Below the pieces are notes generated by a model. That model did no database searches, was not told the origin of the DNA, and saw only the letters and a list, made by a program, of their open reading frames with translations. From contig CAVVXN010000001.1 in the NCBI GenBank assembly GCA_963752285.1, positions 640,001-704,000 of the forward strand: DNA of 64,000 nucleotides, given 5' to 3'. This document shows positions 14,951 to 24,037 of this stretch, piece after piece. Each line of letters starts with the position of its first letter. Position 1 is the stretch's first letter. The stretch comes from an uncultured Planctomycetota bacterium (GTDB lineage Bacteria > Planctomycetota > PLA2 > JAEUHO01). The position numbers and the translations under genes were made by a program.

Positions 14951-15901
14951 TGGGGTGGCCCCGGTTTGGTGGAGGGTCGGGCGCTGGGGTAAGAGATACC
15001 CCCGATGCCCAAGACGGTCCCCCCTACCCGTTTGAGTTCCGCCGCCGGCTCCTGGACGTCGTCCGGGCCGGTCGCACTCCCGAGAGCCTCTCGAAGGAGT
15101 TCAAGGTCTCCGCGCAGTCGATCCGGACCTGGGCCCGCCAAGAAGATCCGGGCATTCCATGCCGCCTCCCGCGGCACGTACGGAGCTCGGCGCATCCACG
15201 CCGACCTGGAGGCCGAAGGCGTCTTCGTGGGCCGCAAGCGAGTGGCGCGCCTGATGCGCCTGGCGGGCTTGGAAGGCGTCAGCCCGCGGAAGTGGACGAC
15301 CACGACGTCCCGCAGCGACGAGCACGCCGCGGCGCCGGACCTCGTGAACCGGGACTTCTCGGCGAACGCGCCGAACAAGCTCTGGGTCGCCGGCATCACG
15401 TACGTGCCGACTTGGGAGGGATTCCTCTACCTGGCGGTCGTGCTCGACGTCTGGAGCCGAAAGATCGTCGGCTGGGCGATGAGCACGAGCCTGGCGACCG
15501 AGCTCGTGCTCGCGGCGCTGGAGATGGCCGTGCGCCAGAGACAACCCTCGGGCGTCGTGCATCACTCCGACAAGGGCTGCCAGTACACATCGATCGCGTT
15601 CGGGCACCGCTGCATCGAGGCGGGCGTGAAGCCGTCCACGGGATCGGTGGGCGACGCATACGACAACGCGATGGCCGAGAGTTTCTTCTCGACGCTCGAG
15701 TGCGAGGTGATCGCTCGGCAGTCGCTCAAGACCAAGGACCACGCCCGGAGCGAGGTGTTCTCGTTCATCGAGGGCTGGTACAACCCCCGCCGACGGCACT
15801 CCGCCATCGGCTACAAGTCACCCAACCAGTTCGAGGAGGCCGCCGTCCAGGCGGCCATGGCCCCCAGCGCCCGACCCTCCACGAAACCGGGGGCCACCCC
15901 A
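14951..15901 (+). mobile_element. Defective IS3-family element
   Basis: TG...CA ends with ~39-bp near-perfect inverted repeats; truncated orfA (YPFEFRR...IRTWARQ) joined to orfB (YGARRI, HHSDKG, DNAMAESFF); first catalytic Asp reads G (WVAGITY). Confidence 0.92.
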
Positions 15902-16150
15902 GACGCGCCGAAGTCGGGCGCACTTCTCGCAGCCCTGGAGACGAGTCCCAAACACATACCGGTCGAGACAGTCCAGTTCGACCTGGCCGTGACTTTCAGC
16001 GGCACCACGGCCGCTGGCGCCGGCATCCTGAGCGTCGTACGCATGGGGCTGGACACGAGGACAACACAGGAGACCGCCCATCCGATTCAGTTCGGGGTGA
16101 AGGTCGCTTGGCCTATCCCATATCCGCAGCCCGCGGGTCCCTCGACGTAG
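15902..16150 (+). pseudogene. 3' fragment of a conserved hypothetical gene (VQFDLAVT...IQF motif), in frame with IS3 orfB
   Basis: No start of its own; begins at the IS right end. Confidence 0.4.
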
Positions 16151-16198
16151 TGGGTCGCCCCCACGCCGGCGGCCGAACGGCGGGGGACCGTCTGGGCC

Positions 16199-16410
16199 TC
16201 ATCCGCCAACGATCCGCGCCAGCGCCGCGACATGCCATTGCTTTCCCGTCCGCGGCCGGAACCCCGCCTCGTCCAGCCCCGCACCCACGGCCCGAAGCGC
16301 CGCGCCTTCCGCCCGGAGCCGCCTGGCGAGGGCGACGGTGCGCTGCTGGTGCTCGTCCTCGACCAGCACGCTCCCGGCCCCGACGCGCCACCCGTACGGC
16401 ACTCCCGCGC
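16199..16410 (-). pseudogene. Serine recombinase C-terminal fragment A
   Basis: GVPYGWRV...LVEDEHQQ...LRAVGAGLDEAGFRPRTGKQWH. Confidence 0.75.
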
Positions 16411-16424
16411 CCGCCGCGCCGGGT

Positions 16425-17087
16425 TCACCGCGAGGGCGGCGCAGGTCTGGGGCCGACGCCGCGAACCAGGAGGGTGGTTCCGCCACCGTGCAGGTGTGCA
16501 GCCAGGGGGGTGAGATCCGGCTGTTTCCTCAGTATCAACTTGCGCGCGATCTCAACGAGGGGCTGGGCCGTCCAAGGGAGAGACTTCAGACCCGCCAGTT
16601 CGTGGCAGTAGCGCCACTCCTCAAACGCGCGCGCGTTCTCTTCCAGCATCGCAGTGAAGTCCTCTGCCAAGACCAAGTCTGGATGCTGCCTCCTCACTTC
16701 AGCCAGCGTCTCCGCCCAACCAGAGGTAGCACGAGTGAACGCTTCCCAGCCGGTCTGAAGCGCAGCCTGGTCGTCGCCGTCCAAATCGCCAAACAACTCC
16801 ACGTAGTTGTGCCCCTTCAGATGGCCCTCATGAGAGCCGAGCAGTGCGAGTAGCTTCAGATACACCTCAAGCGCCAGCGAGAGGAGCACGGAACACGCAG
16901 CCATGGGCATGGTCCGCTCCGATCGCGTGAGCGAGTGCATCGTCTGAACAGTGCGTGCCGTGCTCTCGTACTCTAGTGCGGCGAGGAACATCTTGCGTAC
17001 ATCGGGCCGTCGCCGCTTCGGAGCACCGGCGTGCCCCACGCGCCCCGCCAATCCGCCTCCACTCCGATCTGCTTCTGCGTCGCCCAT
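16425..17087 (-). CDS. HEPN-like domain protein
   Basis: LALEVYLKLL...GHNYVELFGDL...AFEEWRYCHE pattern; lower GC. Confidence 0.6.
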   Translation of the reverse strand: MGDAEADRSGGGLAGRVGHAGAPKRRRPDVRKMFLAALEYESTARTVQTMHSLTRSERTMPMAACSVLLSLALEVYLKLLALLGSHEGHLKGHNYVELFGDLDGDDQAALQTGWEAFTRATSGWAETLAEVRRQHPDLVLAEDFTAMLEENARAFEEWRYCHELAGLKSLPWTAQPLVEIARKLILRKQPDLTPLAAHLHGGGTTLLVRGVGPRPAPPSR

Positions 17088-17176
17088 CTCGGGGTCTCCG
17101 ATGACCCAGCCGGTCTCTCTCGCCTTCTAGCACAAGTCGCCGCCAGCGGTTTTGAGATCCGGGTGACTGAATGGCC

Positions 17177-17420
17177 TCACAGCACAAGGCGCGCCAGCAC
17201 CGCCACGTGCCACTGCTTTCTGCACCGCGGCGCGCGCCCCTCCTCGGCGAGGGCGCGGCCGATCGCCCGGAGCGACTTCCCCTCAGCCGCGAGTTCCCGC
17301 GCCCGGGCGACGGTCGCCCGCTCGTCGGGGTCCTCGACCAGCAGCCCGTCGTCGCCGAGCCGCATGCCGTAGGGGATGCCGCCGACCCTCTCCCCGCGCG
17401 CCCTCTTCACCGCGAGCGCG
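17177..17420 (-). pseudogene. Serine recombinase C-terminal fragment B
   Basis: KRARGERVGGIPYGMRL...SLRAIGRALAEEG...KQWH; paralogous to fragment A. Confidence 0.75.
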
Positions 17421-17432
17421 GCCCGGCTTCGG

Positions 17433-17669
17433 CTACTTCGGCAACCAATGACCGGCGCTCGCGGCCAGGTAGATCAAGACGAGCCCAATCAGCACGCCCG
17501 ACAGGCCCTGCACGATGCGGACGAAGTCCCACTGGCGACTTCGCTCGGGGCGCACTCCCTTGAACCGCGTGGCCCATGCGTGCACCGACCAGGTGAAGCC
17601 TGGGAGGCAGAGCGTGATGAGCCCGGAGGACAGGACCAGCACGCCAGCGGCGAGCAGCAGGATGGGCAT
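17433..17669 (-). CDS. Small two-TM membrane protein
   Basis: Two hydrophobic segments flanking a charged loop. Confidence 0.5.
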   Translation of the reverse strand: MPILLLAAGVLVLSSGLITLCLPGFTWSVHAWATRFKGVRPERSRQWDFVRIVQGLSGVLIGLVLIYLAASAGHWLPK

Positions 17670-17719
17670 CGCACACAGAGCAATAGCTGGCCCGCCACGC
17701 TCTCGTGCTGGGGCAGCAG

Positions 17720-18137
17720 CGGCGGAAGCCGGACCGTCAAGTCATCGCCGGTCCCAACGGCAAGGCCTACACGCCCTGGGTGCTCCGGACGGACATGGCA
17801 AAGGCGGTCGGCCTGCTACGAGATCCCGGCGCACAAGAAGCCCAAGGTGACGACCCACGTACTCCGCCACACCGCGGCTTCGCTGATGGTCGCCGCCGGC
17901 GTGCCGATCTTCGACGTCGCCAAGGTGCTCGGCCACGAGACCATCCAGGTCACCATGCGCTACGCTCACTTTGCGCCCGAGGCCGGCAGGGCGGCCGTCG
18001 AGGCGCTTGACCGGATCCTCGATCTCAAGGTCGATGCGGATCGGGTCGAGGAGCGCCTCGGGGCCTACGTGGGCCGTCCCCGCTGGTGGGGAGATTGGTG
18101 GGGAAGGCCCCTTTCGGCGGCGCCGGTAGCGCGCTGA
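17720..18137 (+). pseudogene. Tyrosine integrase C-terminal remnant, frameshifted
   Basis: HVLRHTAAS, LGHETIQVTMRYAH; upstream part in another frame; N-terminus absent. Confidence 0.88.
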
Positions 18138-18177
18138 TCCGTTGGGAGCCGACCGCCCACAGAGCCCAGAAGATGGG

Positions 18178-18276
18178 TGGCGGGAGAGCAAGGGAATCGA
18201 ACCCTCCTGCGACGCCTTGCGACGCCACACAGCGGTTTTGAAGACCGTGGGGGCCACCAGGCCGCCATCCTCTCCC
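18178..18276 (-). tRNA. selC: tRNA-Sec (anticodon TCA)
   Basis: GGGAGAG/CTCTCCC acceptor, G discriminator plus CCA, D-loop TGGT, CTTCAAA anticodon loop, 9-bp variable arm with GCAA loop, TTCGATT T-loop; 99 nt. Confidence 0.95.
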
Positions 18277-18693
18277 GCGAGTGGTCGGGGGAGAGGGTAC
18301 GGGGATCGCGGCGGGTCGCAACCGGGCGGGGGTGGCCGTGCGGGGGCGTCCATCGGCGCCTTGCCTCTTGGGCGTGCCTTCCCCGGGCGCGCTTTCCGAG
18401 GCGGTCGTGTCGGCGGCCGCCCTGGCCGGTCGATCTGCGGCGACGGGGCGCCGCGCGGTCCATGGGCGCGTTCACGGCCTCGGCGTCGGGGCGTCCGGCG
18501 GTGGGCCGTCGCCTCGGCCGCGCGGAGGCCCGCACGGGGGCCCGCGAGGGGATCCCTGCGGGGGATTGCGCGGGGCAGCGGGAGGAGGCAGCGGGAGTAG
18601 GCAGCCGGACGGGGCAGCGGGACGGGACGGCGTGGGGGGCGCGGTAGACGGTGCGGGGGCGGCCGACGGTGACGGCGCGGCCGCGGTGCGGGG

Positions 18694-19677
18694 CTACAGC
18701 GGTTCCGTACGCGTCTTCGTGCCCTTCGGGACCACGATCAGGCAGGGGAGGTCGAGGCCCGTCGTCGTTCCGCCGAACCCGTTCGGGTAGATGCTCTCCT
18801 GGGAGATCGCCGTGTAGCCGTTCCACATGTCCGACACGCGGCCGGCCGCTCGGACCGGCGTCGTGTCGAGCGCGAGCTTCAGCACCTCCGGCCGGCGGTA
18901 CTCGAGGATCCACCGGTCGGCCATCCAGCGCACGTGCCGCTCGGCCCAGTCGCACTTCGGGTTCTCGAAGTGCGAGCGGATCCGCGTCTCGCCGTCCTGG
19001 CTCTGGAGGAGGCGGAACGCGGCGTCGTCGGTCTCGTCGGGGCTCTCGACCTCGACCGACACGAAGCCCCCGGGCCCGCTCGGGTCCGAACCGTTCACGG
19101 CCAGGCGCCGCGCGACCGAGACGATCTCCATCGTTCGGTCCGTGAAGAACCCCTCGCCATCGGGCGCCGGCAGACTCGCCTTCACGACCTCGCCGACCTC
19201 GGCGACGTGGCGGTCGAACGTGACCTGCGGGTAGCCCCCGACGACCTCGAAGAGGATCGCGCCCTTCTTCCCGCCCTCGTCGATCAGGTCGTGGACCTGG
19301 ACGTCCGCCTTCGTCGCCTCGGGCATCACGAGCACCGGGTTCGAGTCGGTTCCCGTCGGATGCTTCGCGAGCACGAGCTCGCCGGGCGCGAGCTTCACCT
19401 CGTGCCACGCGCCCGCGCGAAACGTCCCGTAGTCGGACGGCGACTCGGGGTCGCTCACGTCCGCGAAGGCCACGAACACGCTCCGCGCCTTCTCCCCGGC
19501 ACGGAGGAACAGCCCCACGACCAGCGTGTCGGTCACGTCCTTCGACGGCTCGAGCCACGCGCCCGCGACCACCGGTGAGACGTCCCCGGTCGCGCGCGCG
19601 GGCGAGGCGGACGGACCGAGACCCGCGGCCAGGAGGAGTGCGGCGAGGGCGATGGGACGGACGATGGCGCTTCGCAT
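18694..19677 (-). CDS. Secreted hypothetical protein
   Basis: Signal peptide ending PARA; host-like codons. Confidence 0.8.
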   Translation of the reverse strand: MRSAIVRPIALAALLLAAGLGPSASPARATGDVSPVVAGAWLEPSKDVTDTLVVGLFLRAGEKARSVFVAFADVSDPESPSDYGTFRAGAWHEVKLAPGELVLAKHPTGTDSNPVLVMPEATKADVQVHDLIDEGGKKGAILFEVVGGYPQVTFDRHVAEVGEVVKASLPAPDGEGFFTDRTMEIVSVARRLAVNGSDPSGPGGFVSVEVESPDETDDAAFRLLQSQDGETRIRSHFENPKCDWAERHVRWMADRWILEYRRPEVLKLALDTTPVRAAGRVSDMWNGYTAISQESIYPNGFGGTTTGLDLPCLIVVPKGTKTRTEPL

Positions 19678-19740
19678 GGGGGCCTTGTACCGCCGGGGGA
19701 GGTGACGAGGTTGGACGGCGCCCGCCCCGGCGGCGTTCCC

Positions 19741-20724
19741 TCAGGCGGCGGGGGCGACCCAGGCGTCCCGCGCGATGGACGTCCGGAGCGCCTCGGCCAG
19801 CTCCAGGGTGCGGAGGGCCTCCTCGGCGCCGAGGTGGTCCGGGTCGCGCGCGCCGAGGACCACGCCCACGAAGTGCTCGTCCTCGATCACGATCGGGTCG
19901 CGCCCGGGGTCGGAGCGGGTCTTCGAGGCCTCCCCCGGGCGGTGGAGCGCGAGGTGCACGTCGGGCGGGCGGCCGACCGCGTGCTCGAGGCGCGCCGCCA
20001 GCTCGCCCGCCGTCCCGAGGACCGACGCCGTCACCACGAGGGGCCGCCCCGGCCGGAGGAGGTACGACCCCGCCGCGTGGCCCCGGACCTCGCCCCAGTC
20101 GAGCTCCGCCTCCACGTGGTCGATCCGGCCCGTCGGGCCGACGACCGCCGTCGCCCGCACCCGCTTCGGCGCGCCGAACGTGAGGCGCAGCCAGTCGAGG
20201 TCGAAGAGCAGGATCTCCTCCAGCGCGTCGCCGTGGTGCGCGCCCGACGTCCCCGGCGCGAGCCGCGCCGTCGTGACCACCATCGGTCGGCCGACGCGCC
20301 CCGCGAGGACTTGCTCCCGCACCCACGCCCCCGGTACCGCGACGCGGCCGAGGAGCGCGACCTGGAGCCGCGGCCCGTCCAAGGCCTGCGCGGCGACCAT
20401 CGCCCGTGCGTCGGCGAGGTCGCGCGCCATCGGCGTCTCGACGAGCACGTGCTTCCCGGCCGCGAGGGCGCGGAGCGCGACGTCCCGGTGGGTCGGCGTG
20501 GGGGTCGCGACCACGACCGCCTGGACCTCGTCCGAGTCGAGGAGCGCGTCGAGGCTCGCCGCCTCCCGCGCCCGAAGCGCCCCCGCGAGGTCCGCGGCCC
20601 GCGCCGAGCGCTCGCCGTCCCGGCCGACGACCGCGCTCACCCGAACGCCCGGGATCCGGGCGAAGGCCTCGGCGTGACGTCGCGCCATGTACCCCGCGCC
20701 GACCAGGCCGATCCCGAGGGTCAC
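19741..20724 (-). CDS. Gfo/Idh/MocA oxidoreductase
   Basis: IGLVGAGYMA, VVVATPTPTH, ALAAGKHVLVETP; GGAGGGAGG RBS. Confidence 0.88.
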   Translation of the reverse strand: MTLGIGLVGAGYMARRHAEAFARIPGVRVSAVVGRDGERSARAADLAGALRAREAASLDALLDSDEVQAVVVATPTPTHRDVALRALAAGKHVLVETPMARDLADARAMVAAQALDGPRLQVALLGRVAVPGAWVREQVLAGRVGRPMVVTTARLAPGTSGAHHGDALEEILLFDLDWLRLTFGAPKRVRATAVVGPTGRIDHVEAELDWGEVRGHAAGSYLLRPGRPLVVTASVLGTAGELAARLEHAVGRPPDVHLALHRPGEASKTRSDPGRDPIVIEDEHFVGVVLGARDPDHLGAEEALRTLELAEALRTSIARDAWVAPAA

Positions 20725-20819
20725 CGTGGCCCTCCCTCCATGCCCGGGACGGTACCCCACTTCGCGCGGCAGGTCACCCGGCCGTGGACCGCGCGTCGCG
20801 CGTTCGACGCCGGTGCGCG

Positions 20820-21059
20820 TGTGGGAATCCTCGACAGGGCGGGGCTCGCGGGTGGACCGCGCGGGGCCCCGCCGGGACGGCCCGCCGCGCCCGGCACGGA
20901 CTCGATTTGCACGGATTGCACGTGGTCCGGGGTTCCCAAACCGTGGTGAACCTCCACAGTGCTGGGGAAGAAGGCCACGGTTTCGTAAGACGCGGATTGA
21001 CAAGGAGTTGTGCCCGAGTCGCCGCGATTCCGGCGCTGGGGGCGTGGCGACTTTCCACA
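20820..21059. promoter_or_regulatory. Four 17-bp enhancer-like pseudo-palindromes plus an IHF-like site
   Basis: TGTGGGAATCCTCGACA 20820, CGTGGTGAACCTCCACA 20942, TGGGGAAGAAGGCCACG 20963, CGTGGCGACTTTCCACA 21043; GACAAGGAGTTG 20999-21010. Confidence 0.6.
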
Positions 21060-21204
21060 GGTGCCCAACAGGACCGGTTTACTCCCGAATCGGACCGCAT
21101 TTGCCGCAACTTTGCAATCGGCCTGCACTTGCGACACGGGACCGTCGTTGGTTCGGACGCGATGGAATGGGGTCTGCGATGGACATGGCGAAAGGAGGCA
21201 GATC

Positions 21205-21921
21205 ATGGGTGCCATCCTCGCCATCCTCACCTTCGCAGCGTTCATCTTTCTCGACTATCTCCTCAGCCGGCGCGCCGCCCGAAGGCAGGCGCTGTCCCCG
21301 GCCGAGATCCCCGTCGCCGTGGACGTGGAGGCGCCCCGCCCGGAGTCCGAGCCGCGGCTCGAGCCGGTGTGGGTCGCGGGCTACAACCTGCCCGACCAGC
21401 TCCACTACCACCGCGGCCACACGTGGGCCCGGGTCGTCGGCCCGGACACGGTCACGGTCGGCATCGACGACTTCTCGCGCCGCCTCCTCGGCAAGGCCGA
21501 GGACGTGACGCTCCCCGCGGTGGGCTCCTACATCCGCCAGGGCGGCAAGGGCGCGCGCCTCGCGCTCGACCACCGCGCGGCGGACGTCGTCTCGCCGATG
21601 GACGGGGAGGTCGTGGCGGTCAACGAGGGCCTCCAGAGCGAGCCGCAGCTCGCCACGGACGACCCGTACGGCCGCGGCTGGCTCTTCCGCGTCCGCTCGA
21701 CCAACCTCGCCGCGGGGCTTCGAAACCTCCTCGACGGGTCGATCGCGCGGAAGTGGATCGAAGACTCCCGCGAGCAGCTCGAGCTTCGCCTGATGGCGCT
21801 CTCGGGCTCCGTGCTCCAGGACGGCGGCGAGCCCGCGCCGGACTTCGCGGAGCACCTGGAGGCCTCCGAGTGGAAGGGCCTCGTCGAGCACTTCCTTCTG
21901 ACCGAGGGGTACGAGCGCTAG
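21205..21921 (+). CDS. Membrane-anchored glycine cleavage H-like protein without lipoyl-Lys
   Basis: N-terminal TM; YHRGHTWAR, VGIDDF, SPMDGEVVAVN, DPYGRGWL; AAGGAGG RBS. Confidence 0.88.
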   Translation: MGAILAILTFAAFIFLDYLLSRRAARRQALSPAEIPVAVDVEAPRPESEPRLEPVWVAGYNLPDQLHYHRGHTWARVVGPDTVTVGIDDFSRRLLGKAEDVTLPAVGSYIRQGGKGARLALDHRAADVVSPMDGEVVAVNEGLQSEPQLATDDPYGRGWLFRVRSTNLAAGLRNLLDGSIARKWIEDSREQLELRLMALSGSVLQDGGEPAPDFAEHLEASEWKGLVEHFLLTEGYER

Positions 21922-21966
21922 GCCTCGCGCCTCGCGTTCCTGCCGCCGAGAGATCGGGAGCCAGCC

Positions 21967-22830
21967 ATGACCGACAAGAAGCCGATGGCCATCCTCTACG
22001 ACATGACCTGCTGCACGGGCTGCCGCCAGTGCATGAAGGCATGCAACAAGAAGCAGGGGTTCGAGGGAGACGTCGAGCAGATCCACGATCTGTGCGAGAC
22101 CTCGTTCTCCGTGATCAAGTCCGTGGCGCCGAGGGACAAGGACGACGACGAGCACTACTACCGCAGCATGTGCCGGCACTGCGTCGAGCCCACCTGCGCG
22201 AGCGTGTGCCCGGTCGGCGCGCTCCACAAGACCCCCGAGGGTCCGGTGGTGTACGAGGTGGACCGCTGCATGGGCTGCCGCTACTGCATGACGGCCTGCC
22301 CGTTCAGCGTGCCGCGCTACACCTGGCACGACCCCGTCCCCTCCGTCCGCAAGTGCAACATGTGCTACGACCGCATCCTCGAGGGCAAGGAGACGGCCTG
22401 CGCCGAAGCCTGCCCGAACGGGGCCACGATCTTCGGCACGCGCGAGGAGATGCTCGCGGAGGCGCACAAGCGGATCCAGGAGTCGCCCGACGACTACTAC
22501 GACCACGTCTACGGCGAGCACGAGGTCGGCGGCACGTCGGTCCTCTTCCTGGCGCCCTTCCCGCTCGAGGAGCTCGGCTTCAAGGAGTCGCTCGGCACCG
22601 AGCCGATGCCCGTCCACACGTGGCGGGTCATCGAGAAGATCCCCGGCATCGCGGTCTCGGCCGCGGCCACCATGCTCGCGTTCTGGTGGATCACGCAGCG
22701 CCGCGAAGAGGTCTCCCGCTTCGAGGCGAAGGCGAAGGCCGAACGCAAGGCGCATCACGGGAACGGCCGTCTCTCGGCCGAGAACGACGGGTCGAACGGG
22801 AACGAGGAGGACAGCCGTGAGCACGCCTGA
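21967..22830 (+). CDS. HybA/FdnH-like 4x[4Fe-4S] protein with C-terminal TM anchor
   Basis: CTGCRQCMKAC, CRHCVEPTCASVCP, CMGCRYCMTACP, KCNMC..ACAEACP, YGEHEVGGT. Confidence 0.92.
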   Translation: MTDKKPMAILYDMTCCTGCRQCMKACNKKQGFEGDVEQIHDLCETSFSVIKSVAPRDKDDDEHYYRSMCRHCVEPTCASVCPVGALHKTPEGPVVYEVDRCMGCRYCMTACPFSVPRYTWHDPVPSVRKCNMCYDRILEGKETACAEACPNGATIFGTREEMLAEAHKRIQESPDDYYDHVYGEHEVGGTSVLFLAPFPLEELGFKESLGTEPMPVHTWRVIEKIPGIAVSAAATMLAFWWITQRREEVSRFEAKAKAERKAHHGNGRLSAENDGSNGNEEDSREHA

Positions 22831-24037
22831 CCGTCAGCCGCTCCCCTTCTGGCGCGGGATCTTCTTCCTGATCCTGGGCACGGGTCTGGTCTTGACCGTG
22901 ATCCGCTTCACGCAGGGCCTCGGCGCCGTCACGAACCTCTCCGACCGGTATCCCTGGGGCCTCTGGGTGGGCTTCGACCTGCTCTGCGGCGTCGGGCTCG
23001 CGGCCGGCGGGTTCGTCATCACGGCGATCGTCTACGTGTTCAACATCGAGCGCTGGCGCCCGGTCGCGAGACCGGCCGTCCTGACGGCCTTCCTGGGCTA
23101 CATGCTCGTCTGCATGGGGCTCATGTTCGACCTGGGCCGGCCTTGGAACATCTGGCACCCGCTCATCATGTGGAACCCCCACTCGGTGATGTTCGAGGTC
23201 GCCTGGTGCGTGATGCTCTACTCGACCGTCCTCGCGCTCGAGTTCTCGGGGATGGTCTTCCAGAAGGTCGGATGGCGCCGCGCGCTGAAGGTCCAGAAGA
23301 CCCTCACCGTGCCGCTCGTCATCTTGGGCGTCACGCTCTCGACGCTCCACCAGTCGTCGCTCGGCACCATGTACCTGATCGTCCCCGGGAAGCTCCACGC
23401 GATCTGGTACACCGGGATCCTCCCGATCCTCTTCTTCGTGTCGGCCGTGGCCGCGGGCCTCGCGATGGTGATCGTCGAGTCGCGCCTCGCGTCGCGGGCG
23501 CTCCACCGCCAGCTCGAGCTGCCGCTCCTCTCGGAGGTCGGCCGCGCGCTGCTCGGCGTGCTGGGGCTCTTCGGCGTGCTGCGCATCTTCGACCTCGCGA
23601 ACCGCGGGGTCCTCGGGACGGCGCTCTCGTTCAGCTACGAGTCGTCCTTGTTCGTGGTCGAGTTCGCGCTGGGCGTCCTGATCCCGATGGCGCTGCTCGC
23701 GCAGCCCCGCGTGCGCCACAGCGCCCGCGGCCTCTACGCCGCGGCGCTGTGCGCGGTCCTCGGGTTCGTGGCCAACCGCCTGAACGTCTCGATGACGGGT
23801 TTCGAGGGCGCGCAGGGCGGCCACTACATCCCGTCGTGGTCCGAGGCGATGATCACCCTGATGATGATCGCGATCGGCTTCGGCGCCTTCTACGTCATCG
23901 CGCGTCACTTCCCCGTCTACCCCGAAGAGAAGGCCGAGCGTCGTCTCGCGCCGCGCCACGTGCCGGTCGCGGTGACCGCCCGGGTCGCCGAGGAGGAGCT
24001 CGCCCCCTGGGAGACGAGGGTCCTGTCCCCCCGATAG
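22817..24037 (+). CDS. HybB/NrfD-family integral membrane subunit
   Basis: GLGAVTNLSDRYPWGLW, DLGRPW, SVMFEVAWC, LSTLHQSSLG, YIPSWSE. Confidence 0.93.
   Translation: MSTPDRQPLPFWRGIFFLILGTGLVLTVIRFTQGLGAVTNLSDRYPWGLWVGFDLLCGVGLAAGGFVITAIVYVFNIERWRPVARPAVLTAFLGYMLVCMGLMFDLGRPWNIWHPLIMWNPHSVMFEVAWCVMLYSTVLALEFSGMVFQKVGWRRALKVQKTLTVPLVILGVTLSTLHQSSLGTMYLIVPGKLHAIWYTGILPILFFVSAVAAGLAMVIVESRLASRALHRQLELPLLSEVGRALLGVLGLFGVLRIFDLANRGVLGTALSFSYESSLFVVEFALGVLIPMALLAQPRVRHSARGLYAAALCAVLGFVANRLNVSMTGFEGAQGGHYIPSWSEAMITLMMIAIGFGAFYVIARHFPVYPEEKAERRLAPRHVPVAVTARVAEEELAPWETRVLSPR

Larger units (their letters stand above)
9277..18189. mobile_element. Decayed genomic island at the tRNA-Sec 3' end (left boundary uncertain)
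   Basis: Lower GC and atypical codons; integrase remnant next to the tRNA 3' end; recombinase fragments, IS3 and defence genes; 10-bp GCGGGAGAGC at 9277 and 18180. Confidence 0.75.

Noticed and set aside
16199..18137. Integron
   Set aside because: No attC-like sites recognised, and the integrase remnant looks like a phage/island type rather than IntI
21091..21132. Sigma54 promoter for the GcvH-like operon
   Set aside because: CGGACCGCATTTGC and CGGCCTGCACTTGC have GG-N9-GC spacing (10 required); TTGCCGCAACTTTGCA lacks the GG
21205..21921. Functional glycine cleavage gcvH
   Set aside because: No lipoyl-Lys, TM anchor present, no gcvT/gcvP nearby
21967..24037. Hydrogenase-2 operon
   Set aside because: No small or large hydrogenase subunits or maturation genes
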